A DNA stretch of 62,011 nt, the filler included, from Sphacelaria rigidula (taxonomy: Eukaryota), in NCBI GenBank assembly GCA_964200075.2. It is 5 parts of 5 records of this genome, joined end to end, with 100 filler letters (N's around TTAATTAATTAA, not from the genome) between each part and the next. Parts side by side here need not be neighbours in the genome. Positions count along the whole stretch, not along the records: positions 37,268 to 49,589 come from CAXNAA020003888.1; 4 more parts are not named here. One strand, given 5' to 3'. Both the position numbers and the translations under genes were made by a program. Below, one piece after another: positions 37,520 through 49,100 of the stretch (position 1 is its first letter; each line of letters begins with the position of its first letter). The notes beneath the pieces were generated by a model, which was not told where the DNA came from, searched no databases, and saw only the letters and a program-made list of their open reading frames with translations.

Positions 37520-40500
37520 GGCAGAAAGGCAGTTGGCCTGTGATTGATCCAGACTGGAGACTTGCTGAAGCTGCGTGCAGCGGGAGTTTGGAGACTCCTA
37601 TGACTGTGTGGAGCGGCGACGAAGCAAGGATAAAGTGTGCAATTCGCGTCAGTCCGCTGGCCTGCGATAGGCTCGCAGGTAGCAGGCTGCTGATGTGGCG
37701 ACCGGCTCGCGTGCTGCGTCCAGCGTGACGCCCGTGATTATGCGACGAGAGTTGCGACCTCCCCAATACGGGGATAGGTGCTCCGAGAGTCGATTTCGCA
37801 CTTTTTACACCAAGTACTTGGAGTACGTGTGGAGCACGCTAACGCAGGGAGTGCTGTGCGATATCAGGTAGTGTCGATGGCTCGATAAGTGCCGACGTAT
37901 GTGCAGAGAGTGTTTGCTCGTGTGGAAGATGAGAGCACAACACCCCACCGAATTGGTTGCGGCGATCAAAAAGTATGCTGGGCATGCGGCGGGCGCCGAG
38001 GTGGAGTTGATCCAAGGGTCCGCGGCCGTAGCAAAAGCTGCCGCCATGGAGTCTCGGGGAAAGACGATGTTAGAGCGGGTGGAGCCGATCCTGTTCAATC
38101 TGGACAAATGCTTCTCGAAAATCCGAACGTGGAACTAGTATATCCTTTCCCCGATGGTGAATTTAATCCCGACCCGGCTGCCGTAATCACCAAGACTTCG
38201 GTGGAGGGGTTAACGCCGGAAACATTCAAACAAGCCGTGCTTGTTAAGTTGCAGCACGAAACAGGCTAAAAGGCTGGTCCACACCTGGTGATGGACACCC
38301 TCGTGACCGAGGCCAACGAGTGGTGGAAGATAGAGGTGTTCGGCCAATCATCCACTTCCACGTCGAAGTCTTTGCGCCACCACGTCTCAAAATCGGCCGG
38401 CCGCGCCGCGACCATCACCTGCCACCGCTGTGGCCAGATCGGCCATTACGCACGCGATTGCCCAACGTCTTTCGGTGTAGAGTCTGGGCAGTCTCATGCC
38501 GCGCGCCATCAGCATCAACAGCACAAGGGTAAAGGACGAGGTGATCGGGGTGGTGGCGGCAGCGGATCCTCCGGCGGTGGAGGGTCGCAGTCGAGTTCTC
38601 AGCAGTAGCAGCAGCAGCAGCGGCGTCAGTATGGGTCTGGTTCTGGGTTCGGCTTCGCCGTAGGTGTTACTGCTCCGCAACGGGCGGTGCAGGTGGGGCC
38701 GACGTCTACAGTGTCGAACACTGCGCCGGCGCCGGTGGTGGCGCCGGTGGTGGCGCCGGCAGCAGCGCCAGGCGCGACGCCTGCTAATGCGCTGGTCGGA
38801 GTTTCGCCACATTCTTGGTCTGCTGGCTAGGGGTCATACCCGCCGGAGGTGCCGTTTGAACATTCCGGGGCGTCTTCGCCTGTTCAGCTTGCGCAGCCGT
38901 CGCGCCAAGTGGGATTAGCGGCGCATCGGTCTGCGGATTAAGTACCAGTGGAGTTTCCGGACAAGTACGTTCCTGCGGAGCTGTGAATTCAAAATCAATG
39001 GGAGCATGAAGCCACTGCGGTTCAGGCTAAGTCGGATTCTGGCGCCCATTTCACGAATTTGTCGGTGCAGATTGTAGAGATGTTGGAGCGTCTTCTCCCG
39101 GGTGTGCCGCTGCGCATCCCGTTTTCGCTCGGGGCGCGGCAGACCGTCACCGCGTCGGGTCAGCATAGTTCCGTCACGGAGCGTGCTATTCCAGTGTAGC
39201 TGGCTTTCACGACTGCCTGGGGGGCGGCGCCATTGCCTCCGATCTTGCTTGCGATCATGCCGGGGTCGGATGGCGTCATCCTTCTTGGGTTGCCGACGCT
39301 CCAGGATTTTGAAGTCGACCCGTATGAGCGGTTGTGGGACGCCATCAAGACGCGGATATCTCCGCCTGGTCCACACGTGGAGACGCCCGTCGTTTTGGCA
39401 GCAGTCGTCGCTTGAGCTTGTCGGTGGATGCTTTTCAGGAGGCTGGGGGGTAGGTGACCGAGGAGCGAGATGAGGCGGTGGGACGCTTGGTGGGACGCAG
39501 CCCGGAGATGTTCATGGATCCCGCGAAAGAGTAGTCCGCTCGGAAGGTCGCGATGGAGAAGAGCGTGAAGGATGCTGTGGCAAAAGGCCCCAGGGTCTCA
39601 AAAGCGGAGCATCTGCGCAATATCTTTCATCACCGCATCAACGCGTTTTGTCGTGCGCTGCGGGATGACCCTCCTGCGCGCGTGGAGCCCATGCGTATTC
39701 AGCGAAAACGTAAGGCGTCCGCGGTGAAGACGCGTAGGACCCGGTGAAGTCGAGTTGGTTGGCGTCGTGCATGGCGGCTCTTTTGGCGGTTGGGATTGGT
39801 GTTCAGGAACGTGCAGGCGGTGTGGTCCAATCCGGCTATGGCGGTTCCGGAGGAAGATCCGTTTCGCCGGGTAAGCGACTACAAGGCGGTAAATGAGCAG
39901 GTTGAGAAGTCGCCGGTTGTGATGCCCAACCAAGAGTCGGACATGCGTGATCTGTTGAGCGCTCGTTTTTTGGCAAGTTGGACCTTCTCCAAGGTTACTG
40001 GCAGATGCCGTTGGCGGAGGAGGCGCAGGAGATTTCACAATCACGACCCCATTAGGCTTGTGCACCCCGAAGCGAGTGCCGCAAGGCGTGCTGAATGTCA
40101 CGGCATTGTTTCAAGGCATCATAACTTAACTTATCGTCGACTTCAAATGCAAGATATGGGTGGATGATGTGTTTTCTTTCGCGGACACGCAAGATGAACG
40201 TTTAGACACGCTTGATGCTATCTTGGCTCGTTTAGGGAGTGTTCGTCTCTTTGCGGCTGCGCACAAGTGTACATTCTTCGCTAGTGAATTCGTGTGGTGT
40301 GAGAAAGTGTACTCATACGGACGCGTATCTCATGACCCTGTCAGATTGCAAGGCTTGTCTGACATGCGGCGCCCAAAGACGGCCGCAGAACTCATGAAAT
40401 TCCTGCAGGCCGTGAACTGGCTGCGTACCGCGTTCTCGCCTATGGCGAAAATCGTAGCTCCCTTGCGTTTTTCTCCTCGAAGAACTCATGGCGGGTGCTG

Positions 40501-41846
40501 CGAGGCGGACGAATCGTGTGGCAAAAAACCGCGCTATTCCGCCTGCATCGTGGACGGAGGACAGGCTGCAGGCGTGGACGGCAGCAAAGGATCTGGTGGC
40601 TCATGCCGTGACGCTGTTCCATCCTCGTCCTGATTGTCAGGTGTTGATGTTCCCGGGTGCATCTGAGTGCCATTGGGGTAACATTGTCACGCAGGTGCCT
40701 GGAGTTGAAAAACAACAATGCTTGCCGGTCGAGGATACGACGTATTAACCTCCGGCTTTTCTCAGTGGTACTTTCAAGAGTTCGCAGTTGCGTTGGGCCA
40801 CAATTGACAAGGAAGGTTTTGCTATTGTGAGCACATTCCGTCGCTTGGAGCATCTTTTGTAGGAAGTGGATATTCTCATGGATCACCGAAATCTCGTGTA
40901 TATTTTCAACCCTGGAGCGTGCGTCATGTCTGTGTCGAAGGTGTTGGCACAACGTTTGGAAGGTTGTAAAGGTGTTCTTGACCAGTATCGTTACTCGATT
41001 TGCCATATTTGGGGTAACCGCAACGCGTGGGGCGGCTTGCTTTCGCGTTCGGTGAATATTCCGGCTTTGCCTGTGCGCACTGTGGCTGTGTATGGTCCGT
41101 GTGAACCTGATGACTCGATGCCGTCCAAATTTCTTGTCCGCCAAGCGTAACGGAAAGAACTTTGGGCCGAAGATGTGGATGCGCAATCTTTCGAGGCGGA
41201 CGTTGGTCCTGCTATCTTGGACACTGAAGGTCTATTTCGTGTGTATGTGCGTGGCCAGAACGTCCTGTGGATTTCGAGTTCTGACAAGCAGTTGCAGGTA
41301 CGTCTGATGATTTTCGCGCGCATGCGCGACCAAGGGCATCGTAGTGTGGCTGCGACGCTCGTGCGCTTGCAAGAGGTTCGTGTCTGGCAGGGGATAGAAA
41401 CTCATTTGCGCGATTTTTTCCGCCAGTGTCTTCACTGTGCTGATTCGAGGGCGGGCGATGTTGTTCCCCGCCCGCTCGGCGAAACGGTCCATGGGATCCT
41501 GTCGAATGAAGTCGTTCATTTTGACTTCTTGCACGTGGGCGAGAGTGGCCTGCTAGCTTCCCAAGCTTTGTTGGAGGATGCTGGGTTTCGACACATTTTG
41601 GTAATCATGGAGGATTTGAGCAACCTCGTGTCTCTGGAACCAGTAGCAGTGTGTACTGCTGAATCGACTGCTGCAACTTTGCTAAATTGAAGCAAAACTG
41701 TGGAGGTGCCGCGTGTTTGGGCGAGTGATACCGCCAAGCATTTCAAGAATGCAATCTTGGCCCGATTGAGGAGGCTTTGCACGTTGATCACCAGTTTGCG
41801 GTGGCGTATTCTCCGTGGTATAGCGGCACGTGCAAACGCATGGTCA
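37520..41846 (+). mobile_element. Ty3/Gypsy family A copy 2 (heavily decayed, cut within the integrase)
   Basis: Colinear with ~100-4560 at the nucleotide level. Intact CHRCGQIGHYARDC knuckle, DSGAHF protease, WVDD RT, RNase H and integrase HFDFL. Homology stops at ..GCATGGTCAA ~41847. Confidence 0.93.
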
Positions 41847-42347
41847 AGTAAGCATGCCATGAAGACGCATACTAGCCCGTTGTCCTGCCGCTTCAGACCC
41901 GTTGTCGAAGTCTGGCTTTCGGTAATTTGGGAATCTAGGTAGCCAAGACTACAGGTCTGTTCAGAGTTGGTCGGGTACGAATGTGAACATGTACAACTAC
42001 AGGGATGATACTGGCTTTGGTCGCTGTTCCCACGACCAAAGCTCGCACGATCAATCATTACCAACTGCTCCCCGGCGGCTTTCCAGCAAAAGAAGTCTAA
42101 CCATCGGTGAGGCGTATTGACTGGTTTGGACTGGATTGATTGATTGGGTACTGGAGTTAGAGTCAAGGCAATCAAGAAGAAGTGACGAACCTATTGCGTG
42201 AGAACCCGTCTGATATTTGGATGCTGAGTAGGCCACACGGTATCTACAAGTTGTAGCAGCCTGACGGTTGTACACTTGCCTGCCAAGCGTGTGCCTTGGG
42301 TTGCAAGCTGTGTCCTTGCATTATACTACCGCTTGCTCTTCATTACA
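41847..42347 (+). repeat. 5' LTR of Ty3/Gypsy family B
   Basis: Begins (A)GTAA where family A homology breaks, ends TTACA, and is immediately followed by a PBS. Confidence 0.7.
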
Positions 42348-42348
42348 T

Positions 42349-42365
42349 TGGCGTCGACGGCAGGA
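42349..42365 (+). promoter_or_regulatory. Primer-binding site, probably tRNA-Ser
   Basis: TGGCGTCGACGGCAGGA lies 1 nt after the LTR end. It is complementary to ..TCCTGCCGTCGACG-CCA, which resembles eukaryotic tRNA-Ser 3' ends. Confidence 0.7.
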
Positions 42366-45300
42366 CGATCGTGCACCCTCGCGCATCTCTCCTGCTCCGC
42401 ATCAGCCACACAGCCGTCATGTATGCAATGATGACACTGTACATGCTGATGATATCCACAAAACAATTTTTCGGACATGTCGCCGGCTCCGGAATTCTCA
42501 ATTGAGGGATCCGGCCGCGCCTCATCGCAAAACCGACGACCACGCACCAACCGCGAACCACCGCACGGGTGGCCACTGGGGTCTGGAACCTGGCCATTTT
42601 GGGACCTTATCCATATTTGGTAAGGTCCGTGGATTAGGTGGATCAGTGAAGAGCATTCGCACAGCATGGACAGGTTCGAAACAAAGCATGTTCCAGTCTA
42701 CAGGGCAGTCACCCGCCTATAGACTGGGACATGTTTTGTTATTATCCTGTCCATGCTGTGCGAATGCTCTTCAGTTATCTATCCAACCCGCAGACCATGC
42801 CAAAGGTGGATGAGGTCCTAAAATGGCCAGGTTACAGCCCCCAGTGGCCACCCGTGCGTCTCGTTCCGACGCTGCGCTTATTCGTTCTCTTCAACAACGC
42901 TTGACAGAACTCGAGCGACAACTGTCTACCATGGACCCTTCATTATCCGCTGCTGCCGCCGCTACAGCCAGGAAGCCCACTCGCGCTCCCGCAGCTACTG
43001 CTGCCGCTACTGTAACCGCTGCACCGACAGCCGCCCCTGCGACGGCTAATACAACCGCCGCCGCTCCGTCGGCCGTCGACATTGACGCCGACAGTGGTTC
43101 CACCACTGCCTCTGTGCGCCCGCCCCCATCCGTGGAGGTTTTCCCTCCGTTCGGCGACGAGCACTGCCTCACCGGCCTGCTCTTACGTCTGTCCACCAAC
43201 AGACCCCGTGCGGACCAGCAGCAGCAGTTAATCGAGGACTATGCATCGCAGGCGCCTACGTTGGCGCAAGAGATACTTGGCCAACAACGTGACGTCGACG
43301 CCGCCGCTGCCCGCCTCCTTCTGGAGGAGCGCACTGACACGCTCAAGGACCTCCAGCGGCAGGCCTCCCATGCTCAATCCACGAGTACGGCAGCCCAACG
43401 AGCGCCAGAGGCAGGCCGTACTGCGGCCATGGCGGCTCAAAGACGGGTCCGTCAGCTAGAAGATCATGTTCAGCGGACAGCCCCAGCAGCGGACTCGTCG
43501 GCGGGGCGCCTGACTGATCATCAAACCTCTCCGCCTTCCACCGACAACTTGCTCAGAAACCACCTACCGGCGACCAACCGCGCGACTTACGTTATTCCCC
43601 GTACTTCCAACAGAACGTCGTCTGCGGCGGCCGCTGCCGCCGCCACGACGCCTCCGACACCACCACTCCAGGATATTAGCTCGGTGCCGAGCGCCGTTTC
43701 TGCGCCAGACTGGCGACACGTACCCCACGAACGAGAGTGACTCCCTCGTTCCGTGACCACTTATACCGGTCCGTATGACCACCGAAACCACCTCCACTGT
43801 TCACAAAACGCATGGGCCTTGATCTCCCATCGTATGTTCCATACTGTTGGGCTTTAAGTCGACCAAAACGGCTTCCTCCCCGAGGCGGGCGTCTCGGTGC
43901 TCACCTTGGGCCAACTGCTTCTGCAGACTACAATTGGCAATCACCGGAACCACCACGCTTACGTTGACGCGGTCCTCCAACTTTTTGCGGCGCTTCGCGC
44001 CGCCTACAATACTCAGCCCGGCGCCACCATCAACGGAGACAAAGATAAAGATGGATGGACTCCCGCAACATCCAATTTCCGGGGTCAGAAGAAACATCAC
44101 AGGCGCGACGACAACGACAACGATGGAGGGAATTCACGCCGCCGCCATGGCGGTGGGGGATTCTCTTCGGGCAGTTCCGGACCGAACCGCCCGCCTCGCA
44201 AACCGCAACGAAAAAACCACGGAGGTAATTCCTCCGGTTCATCGGCACCCGGCTGGAACAAGTCGGCCGCAGATCTTCCCGCCTCGGGCTCGGAGACCCC
44301 CAGGCAAGTGGTTCCTAAGTTGGCTGATGATTCGGCCCGCATTTTAGGTGTGTCCGATACGGATACACCTGACCGTCCTTTTTCTTCTACTGCAGCTCGC
44401 GCTTTAGCAACCGCTGCGGCTGACAAAGAACGTTCTGAAGCTAGCAAAAAAGCAGCTTCTGCTAGAGCTGAGTCTACCCGAGTAGCTGCAATACAGAGAC
44501 AGTATATTCAGATGAATGTGAAAAAACTCTGGCACATCAAAACCATGCCTGCCGCGGATAACGAAGATTCGGGCCAGTTTACTTCTGCCCTCATCACGTC
44601 CATCCACCGCACTGTTTGTAACATCCTTCACTTGGCGGATGTGACTGACACACAACCTTTCGAAGATTCCGACTGGGTAGAGGGCTGGCAGACTCCCTTG
44701 CACAAAGCAATGCATCGATCGATCAGCCGCCGCTCTGCCGACCTCGCTGCTTCTTTAACGCAGATTCTCGACGGCTTCCTCGCCGAGATGGACCCGGATC
44801 GTGCCAAGGGGAAGACAGGCCCGGTATTATTCTCTGATTTGGAGAGGCGTCTGATCGGTTACTTCGATAAAAGTGACCAGGCTAGTGCCATCCAGAGGCT
44901 GAGTTCCTTTGTTGTCGCCTCTGATGTCCCTTTCGCGGACTATCTCCGCGAACTTAAGCTTTTAGTTTCGGGTACGACGGGAGTCGGACGTCAGAACGGA
45001 CCGAGCAATGCAATGTGTCATACTTACGTTCGCAATAGCGTTGCTCAACAGTATCCGGCTCTGATGCCGTCGTTGTTTCCGGGTGTCTGCTTTTGTACAC
45101 CAAGAGGGTAACCTAACGCCTGCCATACGTGGCAAACCTTCTACGTCTATGCGTTCACAACCTACGGTTGTGTCCTCCGTCCATGCCCAAGGGGCTCGCG
45201 GTAGGAGTTCGAGCTCGTCTCGCGCTTCATGAACCCCCGACTCAGTCGCCGGTTCAGTAATGCATGTTCAGAGTACCAGAGATACATTTAGCGCGAGTTT

Positions 45301-45866
45301 TGACGGTTGGCTGTTTTCCGAGGAAACTTGGGATGATGTTCATTTGACTTCAACAACGGCATTCATAACCGATGACCCCCATTTGTGGAACCCAATTCTT
45401 TCGTCTTCCGCTAGACGCAATGCCTTCAGCAGTCATGCCAACAGTTGCATCAACTGAAGTTGAAGGCCATAGCATGCGCGATTGTGACAGTCCATGTATC
45501 AATGCCTTTGATCTCATGAACCCTGAATTGCAGGACAATGAACCCGCGTGGCGCCGATGGCAAAAACTCATGCGCGACTATCGTCCACCAACTCGAAATT
45601 ACCGCAACAATTCGAAGTAATGCGGCAACAAAACCTCCAATCGCGGTCGCCGACACAACAACAACAACGGAAGCCCTCGCCAGAACGATCAAAATTCTCG
45701 CGACAACAAACGTTCCGCTGATAGACACCAGCGGACGGGACCGACACAAAGTTCTATTCCTAACACCAGAAACCCTGGTACCTTCACTACGGATCACCTG
45801 GATCCATGACGTGCCGACGCCGGCGTTCTTCGGTCTTCCACGCCGGCGATAGCACGAGCGAAGACT

Positions 45867-46100
45867 TTTTCAACACAGCCCGCGGAGTCCGTGTAAAACA
45901 TTGCTCACTCGACTCTCCCGGCACTATCCAGGAGCGTAACTGACGGCCGTTCATATCGACCCCCGTCTCGAACCTCCACACAATTTTCAACACAGCCCGC
46001 AGAGCCCGCGATTAAGATTATCCGCCCGGCTCTCCCGGCACTATGCAGGAGTGCAACTGACGGCCGTTCAAATCGACCCCCGTCTTCGTCCCTCCACACA
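45867..46100 (+). repeat. ~117-bp tandem duplication between gag and pol of family B
   Basis: TTTTCAACACAGCCCGC..CTCTCCCGGCACTAT..GACGGCCGTTCA..CGACCCCCGTCT occurs twice (CAAC at 45871 and 45988). Confidence 0.75.
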
Positions 46101-49100
46101 CCGCGTAACAGTTGTGTCACCCCGCGGCTCAGACCTACACCCGGCACTGAACTCGGTCCTTCAGTACCGTGTAACAGTCTGAGGTGTGGGAAGACCGACC
46201 GCCAGTCCCTGAGGCAACGGCTTCCCTCAGGGACCGCACGCACAGGTAGCAGCGAGCCTTTTTCAGCTGACCCAAGTGTTGCTGATTTGAACCTGACCAC
46301 ATCGGATCATGTAATTCCCAATCGGTTCGATCAGGCTCCTTCCCCGCGATTCTCAAGACGCACGGACCTACCTTCGGCCGGTTTTACCAACAACCGCCCC
46401 AACATACCTTCGGCTATGCCCCAACAGCCAAGCTTGCCTACGGAAAGCAGCCCACAAGTTTCGCTCCGTCATGCCCCGATACTGACCCCATCCACGCAAC
46501 TAGATGCAGTTGTGGTTTCATCCCCAAATGTTTTGGAAGTTCCCCGACCTTTGCCACGGCGAAAGAGAAAGCCCCGTAAGCATGCCTCCAAGGACGCGCG
46601 CGCATCATTACGTAAACCTCTTTCGAGCGGAAATCCTCGACCTCAATCTCTCCAAAACGCGACGACTTTGAGCTCGACGGCTCTATCAAGTATCCCGGAA
46701 GAAACAGAATCACATGATTCTAAAGGCACTACTTCTTCAATCGACGACTCCAGCCCCGCACATTCTGGATCCCCCTTCGACGGTGATCCCTGTCAACCAA
46801 AGACGATCACTTACGAAATCGCCAATGACCGTGCCACACCTGGAAATAATATACCGTCTACCCCCTTCTCTGGTGAGACATCTGACGCACCGACGGATCA
46901 TCCGCCGTGCGTTTTTGCTGTCAGCCCCGCTGATCCTGACCAGTTTACCTTGCCGGAACACGGTCCGGATCTTGTCGGCGGCAAAGTGTCTGTAGATCCG
47001 GCCACTTTCACTACTCGCGTTGCGATCCATGCCGGTCCAAACGCTATCACGCCTACAAACTGCGTATCCTTGTTGGACAGCGGCAGCCCGCAAACATTTA
47101 TTCGAGAATCAACATGGAAACACATAAAACAGACTGGCGCTGCTACTGCAGCTTGTGAAACCACCACCAAACCTCGCGTGTGGGGCGGTTTCGGTGATTC
47201 TGCCGCGCCGCTGACGACACGAAAATCCGTACGTCTCAGTGTACAGTTCTTTCATAACACCACTCAATCTGCCAGCCTGGCAGTCTGGGCATACGTTGTC
47301 CTCGACAGCACCATGCACCACGCCATATTATTGGGCAGAGATAGCTATATGCGGTTTAATAACCGCACCTACCGCGCGCCTCCACCACTCACGCCACATT
47401 CCCCGCCGCGTGGAGAATTTAACCTGGAGCACTTCGGGACTCTCCACGGCGCCCTGGCTTATCAGAAGAATCCTCAAGCAACCGGAGCTGCTTACCACCT
47501 ACGATATAACGGTAGCGTGGGTATAACACTCTCCGACGACCCCCAACTTCTTGAAGTAGCCCTAGTTCGCCGAAATGGCATGCCAGCCCTTACGGGCCAT
47601 TATCTTGCCGAAATGTTACCCCGTATTGGCGCACCAGCCAACACAAATCATTTTGAGTCAGCGGGACAACAACCCCTCCCTCTTACGGGCCATGCTAACT
47701 TGGAACCCGGCGATGTTTTAGGAATCGCCGCTGCTCCCCTGATGCACATCCCACTCGAGACGTGTGTCACAGAGCCTGCCGCGCCAAACGCCACATCTCC
47801 GGCGGAGTCAGTTCATTGTGTCGATGAACCCTATTTCGACCTCGCCTCTGCGACCCCATCAAATCCCGATCCTCCTGCTGAAGTGCTTCAACGCTCATCA
47901 CCAGATTCTCGGAATAGTTTCTTGCACATGTGGAATCAACTGCCGCCACACATACGCAACATCAATTTTGACCTTCATGGGCCCGGCTGGGAACCGGCAG
48001 TCACCCAAGAACTCAGTGATGTCCTACTACAGTACCAAGATCGATTTTCCCGTTCCAAGACGGATCTTGGGCATTGCAAAACACTGCCCTTTGAGGTTAC
48101 CCTCCAACCCGGTGTCTCACCGAATTCTTCTCGGCCATACCGTACCAACCCAATCCTTACCAAGAAAGTTAACGCCATCTTGGATGCGTATTTGGGAGCG
48201 GGACTAATACAACATTCCTCCTCTCCTTGGGCCTCGCCACTTGTGGTCGTCCTCCAAAAGGATGGAAACATACGCACAACCGTGAATTATCAACGGTTGA
48301 ACCGCGTCACTGTAGTCGGTAAACTTCCAATTCCCCGCATTGATGAAGTCTTCGACTCCTTGGGCGAAGGAAAAATAGTCAGCACCTTCGACCTCGCTTT
48401 TAAACTTTTCAGAATGCTATACACCCTGACACAGTTCTACTGACGGCTTTTTGTACCTCGTCCGGAATCTATGAGTGGCTTCGAATGCCACAAGGCGCCG
48501 CCACTGCCCCGGGATGCTTTCAACGCTTAACGCAACGCGTCACCGAGGGCCTCGAGCACATCATCATGTACTTGGATGACGCTATCACTTTCGATGCCTC
48601 ACCTATTGCACATATACGCACTTTACGAGAATTTCTCTCTTGCCTACGCACGCACGATTTGAACCTGTCTCCATCCAAAGCTCGCCTTGGTGCGACTGAC
48701 TTGGATATCTTCGGGCATTCCATTTCGCCAGCGGGCCTGCATCCGGATACAAACAAAGTCATGGCGATGACTGATTTGCCGATGCCAACTAAGATTTGTC
48801 AACTTCGCTCATTGTTGGGCGGGCTATCCTTCTACCGCAAATTTTTGCCGAATTTATCTAAACGGATTCGCCCCCTTACTGAGCTACTCAAGAAAAGAGC
48901 CGTGTTTTCTTTCACCACAGAGATGGAGGATATCACCCGCCAACTACTCAAGACGCTTACCGAAAAGCCCGTACTTTGCTTTCCTGATTGGGAGGCAGTA
49001 CAAGATGGCTCCCGCCTTTTCCGACTCCACACTGACGCCAGCACCAACGGATTTGGAGGACTTTTGAATCAACCTCAGGTTGATGACTCTGTCCGACCCA

